From assembly GCA_963751725.1 (NCBI GenBank), contig CAVVVQ010000022.1, positions 99,344 to 163,343 on the forward strand: a DNA stretch of 64,000 bases. Reading direction: 5' to 3'. Source of the stretch: an uncultured Verrucomicrobiae bacterium. GTDB taxonomy: Bacteria > Verrucomicrobiota > Verrucomicrobiia > Chthoniobacterales > UBA10450. A program made the position numbers and the translations under genes. Below, one piece after another: positions 54,241 to 64,000 of this stretch (its first letter is position 1; every line of letters begins with the position of its first letter). The notes beneath the pieces were generated by a model, which did not search any database, was not told where the DNA came from, and was given only the letters and a program-made list of their open reading frames with translations.

Positions 54241-55638
54241 TTATCGACTAAGCTCAGTGTATACGGGAAGAATTCGCCCCAACAATTCGGAGATCTGGAT
54301 GCGTTCTTGTTTCATCGAATCCCGATCACGCAGAGTGACCGTTTCTTTCAACGCCAAATCTTTTTCACCAAGTGTCTCGAAATCGACCGTGACACCAAAC
54401 GGAGTGCCGATTTCATCCTGACGTCGGTAACGGCGCCCAATCGCGCCGCTTTCGTCATAGAAAACGTTCAAGTGCGGCCGCAGCAGATCAACAATCTCAC
54501 GCGCCTTGGAAACCAATTCCGGCTTGTTCTTCAACAGCGGAAAGACCGCGCATTTAATCGGCGCCATTCGTGGATGGAACCGCATCACAACACGCGTTTC
54601 CATTTTCCCCTTTTCGTCCGGCGCCTGGTCTTCGCAATAGGCTTCACAAATTAGCGCCAACACAGTTCGATCTACCCCGGCGCTCGGCTCCACTACATGA
54701 GGGATAAATCGCTGCTTTGTTTCGTCATCAAAGTACTCGAGCGGTTTGCCGCTGGCTTGCTGGTGCTGCTTCAAATCGTAATCCGTGCGATACGCTACGC
54801 CCTCGAGTTCCTGCATCCCGAACGGAAATTCGTATTCGATGTCGTATGTTCCCTTCGAATAAAAGGCGCGATCGGAATCGGGCACCGTCAAAACATGAAG
54901 GCGGTCCCGGGGAATTCCTATATTCCCATAGAACTTGATTCTTTCGTCCCTCCAATACTCAAGCAGTTCCATTCCTTGCTCGGGACGGCAGAAGTATTCC
55001 AGCTCCATCTGCTCGAACTCACGTGATCGAAAGGTAAAATTCCGGGGATTGATTTCGTTACGAAAGGCTTTGCCGATTTGTGCGATCCCAAATGGCAGCT
55101 TTTTGCGAGATGTATCGAGCACGTTCTTGAATTGCACGAATATCGATTGCGCGGTCTCGGGACGAAGATACGCGATCGAATCCGGGTCAGCCGATGCGCC
55201 CATCTGCGTCGAAAACATTAGATTGAACGGGCGCGGCTCGGTCAGATCTTTCCCGCCACAATTCGGGCATTGCTTCGCCCCATTTTTTTCCGGCAACTGA
55301 TCGGCGCGCAAACGCGCTTTGCAGGTTCTACAATCGACCATCGGATCGCTAAAGGTATCTTCGTGGCCGCTAGCCTTGAGCACGGCTCGGTGAGTAAGAA
55401 TGGAGCCGTCCATTCCGACCACGTCATCGCGTTCGCGCACGATAACCCGCCACCAATATTGTTTGAGATTGTTTTTTAACTCGACACCCAATGGTCCGTA
55501 ATCCCATGCACCATTTAACCCGCCGTAGATTTCGCTGGCTTGGAAAATGAAGCCCCGACGCTTACATAAACTCACGATTCTTCTCCATCCGTTGTGGATC
55601 GGCGGGCATAAGGCATACAAATGGGTTCTGCGCGGCAA
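54241..55638 (-). CDS. glyQS: Glycine--tRNA ligase (dimeric class II GlyQS type). Essentially intact; the true start is probably the ATG at 55588, with one extra base after it.
   Basis: Motifs found: [56 protein letters not shown] and [12 protein letters not shown]|IVSL is restored by removing one A in aagaatcgtg. Confidence 0.9.
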   Translation of the reverse strand: MPRRTHLYALCPPIHNGWRRIVSLCKRRGFIFQASEIYGGLNGAWDYGPLGVELKNNLKQYWWRVIVRERDDVVGMDGSILTHRAVLKASGHEDTFSDPMVDCRTCKARLRADQLPEKNGAKQCPNCGGKDLTEPRPFNLMFSTQMGASADPDSIAYLRPETAQSIFVQFKNVLDTSRKKLPFGIAQIGKAFRNEINPRNFTFRSREFEQMELEYFCRPEQGMELLEYWRDERIKFYGNIGIPRDRLHVLTVPDSDRAFYSKGTYDIEYEFPFGMQELEGVAYRTDYDLKQHQQASGKPLEYFDDETKQRFIPHVVEPSAGVDRTVLALICEAYCEDQAPDEKGKMETRVVMRFHPRMAPIKCAVFPLLKNKPELVSKAREIVDLLRPHLNVFYDESGAIGRRYRRQDEIGTPFGVTVDFETLGEKDLALKETVTLRDRDSMKQERIQISELLGRILPVYTELSR

Positions 55639-55689
55639 TGGGTCAAAGTATACGTCGAGGATGAAAACCGGTCTTTCGAATCGAGAGGA

Positions 55690-56135
55690 TTATTTCTCGA
55701 CCGTTACTTTCGTTTTCACCGAATTCGCAATGAAACATTCCGTATGCGCGAAATGGTGCATCTCATCGAGCTCTTGCTCCGTCGGTTGTTTCTCACCGGA
55801 AAACTTGAGTTTTGGGTGCAGCTCCACCCGGGTGATCGCCATCTTGCCGTTCTCATTCTTTTCCATGTGGCCGACCGCTTCATCCACGTATTCGTCGAGA
55901 ATGAACTTCTTTTTGCAGGCGATAGCGAGGAAAGTGAGCATATGGCAGCTCGAGAGTGAGGCAACGAATGCCTCTTCGGGATCGACATTCTTCGGGTTCC
56001 CAGATATGCGGGGGCAGCCGACGCCGTCATTTCATGGCCGCCGTCAAATTTCCAAGAGTGATCGCGGTTGTAAGTTTGATACTGGAAGTCGGACGTCGCG
56101 CGCTTCCACGTGAGAGTCATTTTGTGTTCGGACAT
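55690..56135 (-). CDS. OsmC/Ohr-family peroxiredoxin-like protein (frame switch ~55950)
   Basis: N-terminus: MSEHKMTLTWKRATSDFQYQTYNRDHSWKFDGGHEMTASAAPAY. C-terminus: MLTFLAIACKKKF..AITRVELHPKLKF..AHTECFIANSV. Confidence 0.6.
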
Positions 56136-56223
56136 CCCTCTGTATAGAATGCCTCCGAATGTTGGGCAAGCGCGCCCGCTTGCCCGGAGGCGAATGGTTC
56201 GCTAATCTGTCGCTCGACAGATC

Positions 56224-56295
56224 GCGCGGTTAGCTCAGTGGTAGAGCGCTTGCTTCACACGCAAGAAGTCGCAGGTTCGAACCCTGCACCGCGCA
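56224..56295 (+). tRNA. tRNA-Val (anticodon CAC)
   Basis: GCGCGGT-TA-GCTC-AGTGGTA-GAGC-G-CTTGC-TTCACAC-GCAAG-AAGTC-GCAGG-TTCGAAC-CCTGC-ACCGCGC-A. Complete cloverleaf. Confidence 0.85.
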
Positions 56296-56328
56296 TTTAG
56301 CAATTACGACGCTATTCGGGACTGAAAA

Positions 56329-56737
56329 ATGCAGGCGAATGATACTCCTGGCCACCCGCTAAAGAGCACTCTTGCTGTTTTGGCTGGTTTTTTTGCAGTG
56401 GTGGTTCTTTCACTGGGGACCGACCAAGTGCTGCACATGATCAAGGTCTATCCACCGTGGGGCGAACCGATGTATCAGCCAAATCTGAATCTGCTGGCTC
56501 TAAGCTACCGAATCCTCTTCACGATCATCGGCGGTTACCTCACCGCGAAACTCGCGCCTCGGAATCCGATGCGCCACGTCCTCGTTCTATCAATAATCGG
56601 CCTCATTATGGGGGTGGCCGGAGTCGATCGGCACGTGGAATATGAATATGGGTCCACACTGGTATCCAATTGCACTGGCGGTGACCGCTTTCCCATTCAC
56701 GTGGCTGGGTGGGATTCTGCAAAACAGAGGTCGTTAG
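56329..56737 (+). CDS. Small integral membrane protein, unknown function (frame switch ~56630)
   Basis: Four hydrophobic segments. The C-terminus is readable in a second frame (..WYPIALAVTAFPFTWLGGILQNRGR, stop 56735-37). Confidence 0.3.
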
Positions 56738-58048
56738 CCCGCAACCTCCAGATTGGTTGTGGTTTTCATATCAAGTTCTGAAGTTGAACGCGCGGCATCG
56801 GTGTTGCGACCGACCAACCGGTCAAACAGCGGAGAGGTCATCAAGGTCGTTATTACCGCCATGATCACAAGCGTGGCGAAAAGGCCTTCCGAAATCACTC
56901 CACGCTGAAGCCCAATGTTTATTATAATCAATTCCATCAGACCCCGCGCATTCATCAAAGTCCCAATCCCAAGTGCTTCCCGATTTGGGATTCCGGTCGA
57001 ACGCGCGGCGAACCAACATCCAACACCTTTACCAACGACCGCTACGAAAAGAACGGCTCCGCACATAAGCCAGAGGAACCCACTGTTTAACAACGTTATC
57101 TTGGTATTTAAACCTGAGTAGGTGAAGAAGAGAGGGAGCAGGAGCGCCAGAGTCAGCGGTTGAATACGTGCGATTGCATCGCGGGCAATCACACCTCTTG
57201 GCATTGCGGCGCCCATAACAAATGCCCCAAAAACGGCGTGTAATCCCACCAAGTCAGTAAACCATGCCCCTAGCGCCATGAGCGCGAGTGCAACGCCCGA
57301 GACCCATCTCGGATAATTCGCCGTTTCGGATTACCCAACTTTTTCCTCGTGCAAGGAACGGCCGAACAACGAGTAGGGTGAATCCGACGTACGCGACGCC
57401 GGCCGCAATGTTCACCAATGCGTGGCTCCAATTGTGTTCAAGGCTCGCCAAGACGAGGGCCAGCAGACACCACGCAGCCGCATCATTAATTGCCCCAGCA
57501 CCAAGCGCCACTGTTCCCATGGTAGTCCCGGTCAGTCCCTTAAAGTGAATGATCCGCGCAAGCATCGGAAACGCCGTGATACACATAGACGCCCCCATGA
57601 ACAGCATTGCCTCAAAAAGTGACGTGCTCGTGGGAAAGAGGTTGGTTTTTGAAAAGAAAATCCAGCCAAGACCCGCTCCCAACACAAACGGCGCAATCAT
57701 CCCAGCAATGGAAACGGCGATCGAGCTCTTTAAATGTCGACGAACAATATCGACACGAAATTCTATTCCGACGACAAACATGTAGAGCGCCAATCCCAGC
57801 TGCGAGACAGGATAAAGATAGCTTTGGGTGTCTCTGGTGCCCTGCGTCGTATCCCACGGGAAAAGCCATCGTTGCGCTTCCGGCCATAACAAACCAAACA
57901 AAGACGGACCTAACAAAACACCGGCCACCATTTCCGCGACCACTTGCGGCTGCCCAAAACGCCGCGCGATTGTGCCTACAAATCGACAGAAGAGCAGGAT
58001 AACGCTCACTTGAACAAAGAATTGGATTGCTAGACGGGTGTTGTTCAT
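56734..58048 (-). CDS. Cation:proton antiporter (CPA2/Kef-type Na_H_Exchanger domain), one frame switch ~57270
   Basis: N-terminal region: FFVQVSVILLFCRFVGTIARRFGQPQVVAEMVAGVLLGPSLFG. Also ..GIEFRVDI.. and 10 or more TM helices. The likely start is the Met at 58048. Confidence 0.7.
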
Positions 58049-58238
58049 TGAACTCGCGGCAAAATTCTCTTCAAATCGACGCCGAGCATAAAGGAGAATC
58101 AATGGACGACGCAACTCAGATGGAACCATTAACATCCATCGACAGAGATTGGGGTGTTGAAAGCCGCAGGGGCTTGTCTGTTCCGATACTCAGCCATTGA
58201 GGATTCCGCTGAAGTGAGGAGACTTACCAACTGCAAAA

Positions 58239-58979
58239 ATGTCACGAAAGCCAATCAAGAAAGCAGTGAAAAAAAGACCGCGATCGGTCGCAAACGAGGT
58301 CGAATACGCGATGGAATGGCTACGCCGCCACAGCACCAAGAAAACCCGCGATGGGATGGCGCGATACGGTATCCCAGTTGGCAACGCGTTCGGTGTGTCG
58401 GTGGGTGATATTCGCCGACTTGCGAAGGAACTCGGGCGTAATCATGCCTTGGCTGCGGGCTTGTGGAAGACCGGGCAGTATGAGGCACGGATGTTGGCCT
58501 GCTTTGTTGATGAACCCAAGGACGTCACGGCACTTCAGATGGATCGTTGGTGTCGGGAATTCGATAATTGGGCTATCTGCGATACCGCTTGCTTCCACCT
58601 GTTCGACCGAACGCCAAACGCTTGGGCAAAGGCACGGCAATGGTCCGTTCATCGAAGTGAGTTCATTAAACGAGCGGGGTTTGCTCTGATGGCCTCGCTG
58701 GTTGCCCACGACCGGGAGGCTCAAGACGATAAGTTCCTTGCTTTGCTGCCTCTAATCGAGAAAGGCGCCCATGATGATCGGAACTTTGTCAAAAAAGCCG
58801 TGAACTGGGCGCTACGAACAATCGGCAAGCATTCGCACAACCTTCATTCGGCTGCATTGACGGTTGCAGAACGGCTTGCCCGATCCGAAAAACCCGCACC
58901 TCGCTGGGTCGGTAAAGACGCGCGGCGCGAACTGTCTAGCGCAAAAGTTCGCGTTCGACTCCGCATCAAACGCACCTAA
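58239..58979 (+). CDS. DNA alkylation repair protein (AlkD/AlkC-like HEAT-repeat family), intact
   Basis: Typical of the DNA_alkylation family: RDGMARYGIPVGNAFGVSVGDIRRLAKELGRNHALAAGLWKTGQYEARMLA..MDRWCREFDNWAICD..NFVKKAVNWALR. Confidence 0.7.
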   Translation: MSRKPIKKAVKKRPRSVANEVEYAMEWLRRHSTKKTRDGMARYGIPVGNAFGVSVGDIRRLAKELGRNHALAAGLWKTGQYEARMLACFVDEPKDVTALQMDRWCREFDNWAICDTACFHLFDRTPNAWAKARQWSVHRSEFIKRAGFALMASLVAHDREAQDDKFLALLPLIEKGAHDDRNFVKKAVNWALRTIGKHSHNLHSAALTVAERLARSEKPAPRWVGKDARRELSSAKVRVRLRIKRT

Positions 58980-59042
58980 GCCAGCTCGATAAAAGGATTC
59001 TACAACGGAACTTCAACGGTCTAATATTTCGTCCAACTCACT

Positions 59043-59264
59043 ATGCGCGCTTACTTGAACCATCCATTCATCAAGGAACTGATCATTCTGGCCCTGATGT
59101 CGGTCGCCGCCCTTGCCTCTGTTTGTTTTATCTACCGAGTTCGAAAAACACGCGACAAAACATTCTCGAACTGGATGAGTGCCGAAGGGTGGACACTGTT
59201 CCTGTTCATCTGGTTCGGCTATGGGATGGTCCTATTATACCGAGGCTTTTTCATTCTGATTTAG
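59043..59264 (+). CDS. Small two-TM membrane protein (73 aa), hypothetical
   Basis: The ORF has two hydrophobic helices and no recognisable family. Confidence 0.25.
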   Translation: MRAYLNHPFIKELIILALMSVAALASVCFIYRVRKTRDKTFSNWMSAEGWTLFLFIWFGYGMVLLYRGFFILI

Positions 59265-59326
59265 CCGGTTTTTGCGGACCTTTACGTTCCTATTTCGTAG
59301 CCAGACTCCCGCGACGCCCAGATAAA

Positions 59327-60190
59327 ATGATCATATTTCACGACCCGCGTTGCATCGAGTATTCTGCCCCAGGCCACCCGGAACGACGCGAGCGAATCTC
59401 CCAGTCGGTGCCGGTGCTGAAGAGCCGCCACGATGATTGGATTTGGGAAGAGCCCGTTTCTGCCGGGGAGGCGGCACTATTACGAGCCCACACCCAGGAA
59501 CATCTCACGCGGATCCGGAGATCGCGATTCGACTTCGATGCTGATACACCTGCATACCCCGGCATATTCGACCATGCCGCCCGCGCCGCTGGCGCCGCCA
59601 TAGCTGTTGCCCGAGAGGCTTTGAAAGGAAAACGTGCCTTTAGCCTGATGCGACCACCGGGCCATCACGCGATGAGCGATCGACCTATGGGTTTCTGCTA
59701 TTTCAGCAACATAGCCGTTGCAGCCCTTGATATTCTCGCTTCGGAAGGTGATGCCTATCGAATCGGAATTTGGGATTTTGATGCTCACCACGGTAATGGA
59801 ACTGAGGACATTGTGGCTGAAGACCCACGAATCGCATTCGCCTCAGTCCATCAATTTCCAGGTTACCCTGGAACAGGAACCCGGTCGTTTGGAAATATCC
59901 GTAACTATCCAGTCGCGCCGTTTGCACGTCGATCCGATCACATGGGCGAGGTCCGACGCGCCCTTGACTATCTGACAGAATTCAAGCCCGATCTGTTACT
60001 TGTTTCGGCTGGGTTCGACGCATACAGCGGAGATCCAATCACTGAAATGATGCTGGAGGCGGAGGATTTCGTGACTTTTGGTAGCTGGCTACGTGAAACA
60101 AATATTCCCGCGGGAGCCATCCTTGAAGGAGGCTATAGCAACGAGCTACCGGAGCTGTGTGATGCATTTCTTTCCAGCTGGAATCGTTAG
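59327..60190 (+). CDS. Histone deacetylase-family (arginase-fold) deacetylase
   Basis: Motifs found: RPPGHHA, FCYFSNIAVA, IWDFDAHHGNGTE, HQFPGYPGTG, SAGFDAY..DP and LEGGY. The start is taken at Met 59327 (MIIFHDPRC..). Confidence 0.75.
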   Translation: MIIFHDPRCIEYSAPGHPERRERISQSVPVLKSRHDDWIWEEPVSAGEAALLRAHTQEHLTRIRRSRFDFDADTPAYPGIFDHAARAAGAAIAVAREALKGKRAFSLMRPPGHHAMSDRPMGFCYFSNIAVAALDILASEGDAYRIGIWDFDAHHGNGTEDIVAEDPRIAFASVHQFPGYPGTGTRSFGNIRNYPVAPFARRSDHMGEVRRALDYLTEFKPDLLLVSAGFDAYSGDPITEMMLEAEDFVTFGSWLRETNIPAGAILEGGYSNELPELCDAFLSSWNR

Positions 60191-60227
60191 TCTTGGGGAA
60201 GTGAAGCGAAGCGGATACCCGCCCCGA

Positions 60228-61202
60228 TTAATTAGGTTTGTTTTCCAGAATCGCGTCAATCCGTTTCATGGTTGTCGCGTCCAGTTTATCGACCAGATCG
60301 ATCGATTTCAGGTTTTCTTTGAGTTGTTCTGGCTTCGAGGCACCAGTGATCACAGTGCTAACGTCTCGGCTCTTGAGACACCAGGCGATACCCAACCTGG
60401 GAAGTGTGGTTCCGAGATCTTGTGCCACCTTGGAGAGCTGACCAACTTTCGAGAGTCGCGTGCGTCCCTCAGTGCCTTCAAAGTGTTCGCGCAACCACCC
60501 ATAGCCCTTCAATGATAACCGCGTGTTTCCAGGATTCCTGTCGTTATACTTCCCGGTGAGTAGGCCCGAAGCCAGCGGAGACCAGGTGCTCGTTCCCAGG
60601 CCAAATCGCCGAAAAATCGGCACTAACTCCTTTTCGATTCGTTCCCTGCGAAACATGTTGTACTCGGGTTGTTCGATCGTAGGTGGAATGAGTCGCAAAT
60701 CCGATGCAACCTTGAAGGCTTCCTCGATTCCCTTCGCGCTCCATTCCGACGTCCCCCAATAGAGCACTTTCCCCTGCGTGATAAGGTCATTCATCGCGCG
60801 AACGGTTTCCTCGATAGGTGTGTTCGGATCAGGGCGATGACAAAAATAGAGATCAAGGTAGTCGACCTGCAGCCGTCGCAATGCCGCATGACACGCCTCT
60901 ACCACATGCTTTCGACTTAAGCCTTCCTGGTTGGGACTGTCTCCGCCCCAGAAAACCTTGCTCGACACCAGAAATGTTTCTCGGTTCCAACCGTTACGCT
61001 TCAGAATTCGGCCCATCACGATCTCCGCTTTGCCATTTGCGTAGGCTTCGGCGTTGTCGAAGAAATTAACGCCGGCTTCATAGGCGACCTTCATTAAAGT
61101 CTCGGCAGTTCTCGCGGTAATCTGCTGAGCAAACGTTACCCACGCGCCGAACGAAATTTCACTGACCTGCAATCCTGATTTTCCAACGCGTCGATACTTC
61201 AT
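60228..61202 (-). CDS. Aldo/keto reductase (Kv-beta-like subgroup), intact at 324 aa
   Basis: Motifs found: MKYRRVGKSGLQVSEISFGAWVTF, NFFDNAEAYANGKAE, VDYLDLYFCHRPD and VITGASKPEQLKENL. Confidence 0.85.
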   Translation of the reverse strand: MKYRRVGKSGLQVSEISFGAWVTFAQQITARTAETLMKVAYEAGVNFFDNAEAYANGKAEIVMGRILKRNGWNRETFLVSSKVFWGGDSPNQEGLSRKHVVEACHAALRRLQVDYLDLYFCHRPDPNTPIEETVRAMNDLITQGKVLYWGTSEWSAKGIEEAFKVASDLRLIPPTIEQPEYNMFRRERIEKELVPIFRRFGLGTSTWSPLASGLLTGKYNDRNPGNTRLSLKGYGWLREHFEGTEGRTRLSKVGQLSKVAQDLGTTLPRLGIAWCLKSRDVSTVITGASKPEQLKENLKSIDLVDKLDATTMKRIDAILENKPN

Positions 61203-61304
61203 GTGACCGCTTCACCAAGTTCCATTTCAATGGAAAGACAAGTAAATCCAACGCAAAAACTTGTTTGGCAATCAGAAGTCGGACAGTGAATAGTGATGAC
61301 AAAT

Positions 61305-61378
61305 CGGGCCGTAGCACAGCTTGGTAGTGCGCTTGAATGGGGTTCAAGAGGTCGCGGGTTCGAATCCCGCCGGCCCGA
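61305..61378 (+). tRNA. tRNA-Pro (anticodon GGG)
   Basis: CGGGCCG-TA-GCAC-AGCTTGGTA-GTGC-G-CTTGA-ATGGGGT-TCAAG-AGGTC-GCGGG-TTCGAAT-CCCGC-CGGCCCG-A. G37 follows the anticodon, as is typical for Pro. Confidence 0.8.
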
Positions 61379-61500
61379 TTACTTCTAGTGAACGCCAGAA
61401 GTTCTGAAAAATCAGTCAATCGACCCAATAAAATTTGAGTAGACGAATTTAATTCGTTTGAAATCCGACAGAAGCGAAGAAAGTTCCTCCTCGGTCGCCC

Positions 61501-62061
61501 GTGACGCATTCATCCCAACAGCTCGCGTTAATCCAGGAGCCGTTCTGGTTTTGTCTGAAGGCGCAGCCAAAACGTGAACATCTGGCTGCAACAGCACTTC
61601 GTCGGCAGTTCGCCATTGAGTGTTTATCGCCTCGCTTGCGCTTTCGAAAAATGACTCAGAGAGGGCCGGTTTGGTTCGTCGAGGCGATGTTCCCTGGCTA
61701 CCTCTTTGCCAAATTTGTCTATGCGAAGCAACATCGCATGGTTGAGCACTCTCATGGGATTAGGGGTGTAGTCCATTTTGGAAATCGGCTCGCGACTTTG
61801 TCCGAAAACATGATGGCCGCACTTCAATCACGAATCGATGGGGAGCAGGTCGCTACAATTGATTCCTCGCTGAAGGTGGGCCAGCCTGTCCAAATTGCGG
61901 AAGGCCCATTCCAAGGATTAGAAGCCGTGGTCACACGCCTGCTCCCCGCACGAGAACGGATCCGAGTGCTCCTTGAGTTTCTCGGCAGAACTCTCGAGAC
62001 CGAGATTTCGGCCGCCAAGGTCCTTCCTGCCCAAGGATCTTCACCGGCCGCGTGTGTGTAG
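61501..62061 (+). CDS. NusG-paralog transcription antiterminator (RfaH/UpxY/LoaP-like: NGN plus KOW)
   Basis: GTG start. NGN part: PFWFCLKAQPKREHLAATAL..ECLSPRLRF..VEAMFPGYLFAKF..IRGVVHFG. KOW part: KVGQPVQIAEGPFQGLEAVVTRLLPARERIRVLLEFLGR. Confidence 0.65.
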   Translation: MTHSSQQLALIQEPFWFCLKAQPKREHLAATALRRQFAIECLSPRLRFRKMTQRGPVWFVEAMFPGYLFAKFVYAKQHRMVEHSHGIRGVVHFGNRLATLSENMMAALQSRIDGEQVATIDSSLKVGQPVQIAEGPFQGLEAVVTRLLPARERIRVLLEFLGRTLETEISAAKVLPAQGSSPAACV

Positions 62062-62221
62062 TAATCAGACAAAGTGTTTAGGAATTAGTGCAGTTTTAAT
62101 GAAGTCAGCGGATCAAATTACCGCCCCCAGTAAGTTTCGGCTTTCGTGCCGAACGCATCATTTGCCACTTCTGAGCAGGGATGAAGGCACTAAATAGTGT
62201 GGTTTTACCCAACCCACAGCT

Positions 62222-62461
62222 ATGCGACCGACGCCCTTTGGTGCAATTCTTGCTACATTTTACGTTATGATCGTTGCCACACTGCTTCTCATAGCCGCAA
62301 TCGGATTAGGGTTGATCGCCCGAGAGTTACAGAGAGCGCCTGAAGGATTTGAGGACGCCAGCGGGTTCCACATTACTCATGACCCGGCGGCTGACGAGCG
62401 AGCGGCGCTGCATAGTGCCGACGCTGATCATCCGCGGGCGCAACCTGCCACAGCTCACTAG
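62222..62461 (+). CDS. Small single-TM protein (79 aa), hypothetical
   Basis: The TM helix FGAILATFYVMIVATLLLIAAIGLGLIA is followed by an acidic/His tail. No family recognised. Confidence 0.25.
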   Translation: MRPTPFGAILATFYVMIVATLLLIAAIGLGLIARELQRAPEGFEDASGFHITHDPAADERAALHSADADHPRAQPATAH

Positions 62462-62663
62462 CATTCTCAGCTATTGACCTTGTTTAGCCAAGGTTAACGC
62501 TTGGTTAAAGCGCGCCACTCGTGCGGCATTCGGTGCGCGATGCCACTTCCGCTTATTCGCGAGGGTGGACACGTCCCTTCTTAGCTGAGGCGTCTTCGAA
62601 GGAACGAGATGGAAAAGGGAAAGGTATGCTCTTTGCTATAATTACCATAATTCCTGTAATTGC

Positions 62664-64000
62664 TTGGTCTGGTTTAAAAGAGCTTTCGTTGTTGGGGTCG
62701 TCCTTTGCGCATTAGGTATCATCAGTGCGCAAGGCGCAACCGTCCCCCTTGCCTGGAACCCAAACCCTGAGCCTGATATCGCCGGGTACCATCTCTATTA
62801 TGGTACGACTTCTCATGCTTATACCCAAATCATAGATGTTGGGAATGTAACGACGGCAACTGTCCCAAACTTAACGCCAGGCACTTTCTATTTCTTCGCG
62901 GTAACGGCTTACAATAGTCTCGGAATTGAAAGCCTCTTTTCTACCGAACTGAGCTTCGCCCCCCCAACTCCCACCCCGAGCCCGACGCCATCTCCAACTG
63001 CCTCGCCCAGCCCAACACAAAGTCCGACACCAACCCCGTCGCTCACTCCAACTCCGACGCCTACTCACACCCCGACGCCTTCTCCAACTCCTTCGCTCAC
63101 TCCGACTCCGACACCTACCCACACCCCGTCGCCGACGCCTTCTCCGACTCCCACACCGACTCCGACTCCGTCGCCAACGCCTTCTCCAACTTCCACACCA
63201 ACTCCGACTCCGTCGCTCACTCCAACTCCGACGCCGACTCACACCCCGTCGCCAACGCCTTCTCCAACTCCCACACCGACTCCGACTCCGTCGCCAACGC
63301 CTTCTCCAACTTCCACACCAACTCCGACTCCGTCGCCCACACCAACTCCGACTCCGTCGCCCACTCCAACTCCGACTCCGTCGCCCACTCCAACTCCGAC
63401 TCCGTCGCCCACTCCAACTCCGACTCCGTCGCTCACTCCAACTCCGACTCCGACTCACACCCCGTCGCCAACGCCTTCTCCAACTTCCACACCGACTCCG
63501 ACTCCGTCGCTCACTCCAACTCCGACTCCGACCCACACCCCGTCGCCAACGCCTTCCCCAACTTCCACACCGACTCCGACTCCGTCGCCAACGCCTTCTC
63601 CAACTTCCACACCAACTCCGACTCCGTCGCCAACGCCTTCCCCAACTTCCACACCGACTCCGACTCCGTCGCTCACTCCAACTCCGACTCCGACGCTCAC
63701 TCCAACTCCGACTCCGACTCATACCCCGTCGCCAACGCCTTCTCCAACTTCCACACCGACTCCAACGCCGACTCCGACCCACACCCCGTCGCCGACGCCT
63801 TCTCCAACTCCCACGCCAACTCCCACGCCAACTCCGACTCCGACTCCGTCGCTCACTCCAACTCCGACTCCATCGCTCACCCCAACTCCGACGCCTACCC
63901 ACACCCCATCACCAACCCCTTCTCCAACTTCCACACCGACTCCGACTCCGACTCCGACTCCATCGCTCACTCCAACTCCGACGCCTACCCACACCCCATC
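62664..64000 (+). CDS. Secreted FN3-domain protein continuing into a Pro-Thr/Ser tandem-repeat region more than 1 kb long. 3' partial: it runs off the window.
   Basis: This frame is not in the supplied track because there is no in-window stop. (TTG)[23 protein letters not shown]|ATVPL is a signal peptide. [63 protein letters not shown] is FN3-like. [38 protein letters not shown]... then continues to nt 64000. The start could instead be the ATG at 62626 plus a frameshift. Confidence 0.6.
   Translation, partial: MVWFKRAFVVGVVLCALGIISAQGATVPLAWNPNPEPDIAGYHLYYGTTSHAYTQIIDVGNVTTATVPNLTPGTFYFFAVTAYNSLGIESLFSTELSFAPPTPTPSPTPSPTASPSPTQSPTPTPSLTPTPTPTHTPTPSPTPSLTPTPTPTHTPSPTPSPTPTPTPTPSPTPSPTSTPTPTPSLTPTPTPTHTPSPTPSPTPTPTPTPSPTPSPTSTPTPTPSPTPTPTPSPTPTPTPSPTPTPTPSPTPTPTPSLTPTPTPTHTPSPTPSPTSTPTPTPSLTPTPTPTHTPSPTPSPTSTPTPTPSPTPSPTSTPTPTPSPTPSPTSTPTPTPSLTPTPTPTLTPTPTPTHTPSPTPSPTSTPTPTPTPTHTPSPTPSPTPTPTPTPTPTPTPSLTPTPTPSLTPTPTPTHTPSPTPSPTSTPTPTPTPTPSLTPTPTPTHTP
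62960..64000. repeat. Coding tandem-repeat array (24-bp PTPTPSPT units nested in ~84-120-bp higher-order repeats)
   Basis: 63121-63240 and 63241-63360 are near-identical 120-bp copies. ccaactccgactccgtcgcccact is repeated about 5 times in tandem at ~63331-63450. The [11 protein letters not shown](S/P)[14 protein letters not shown] blocks recur to the window end. Confidence 0.85.

Noticed and set aside
62871-63994. A 343-aa Arg/Ser/Trp-rich minus-strand ORF (62871..63902) and several GVGVG-type minus-strand ORFs in the repeat region
   Set aside because: They are antisense readings of a plus-strand Pro-Thr repeat. The plus frame is continuous with a signal peptide and FN3 domain. The minus-strand products are pure low-complexity with no N-terminal context.
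62960-64000. The highly periodic DNA could be mistaken for a CRISPR array or a non-coding satellite
   Set aside because: There is no alternation of constant repeats with unique spacers. The units are contiguous multiples of 3 bp and keep one open reading frame encoding (P-T/S)n.

Overview
The window looks like a chromosomal segment from a PVC-type bacterium, probably Verrucomicrobiota. That guess rests only on gene content and repeat style, so it is low confidence. Most of it is housekeeping: gyrB-gyrA, valS, glyQS, der, murI, psd-pssA, pgsA, cstA, a SulP permease and three tRNAs (Leu-TAA, Val-CAC, Pro-GGG).

Recognisable systems are a minor-pseudopilin operon plus pilT at the left edge, a complete Bat/MoxR aerotolerance-type operon (32.0-40.6 kb) and a pilMNOP-like cluster (42.2-44.9 kb).

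There are two accessory stretches:
- 12.4-25 kb holds orphan secreted proteins, two cohesin/dockerin-like proteins with Pro-Thr linkers, and two large GT-C membrane glycosyltransferases.
- 61.3-64 kb holds tRNA-Pro, a NusG/RfaH-like paralog, and a signal-peptide/FN3 protein that runs into more than 1 kb of Pro-Thr tandem repeats and off the right edge.

Two window-wide properties dominate:
- Many genes, including essential ones, can only be read by switching frames. This is most simply explained by single-base indel errors in the assembly.
- Intergenic regions are packed with several families of palindromic REP/MITE-like repeats, including a three-level nested insertion.

I found no CRISPR array, rRNA, transposase, integrase or prophage gene. 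Coordinates of frameshifted genes are overall spans, and the frame junctions are approximate.
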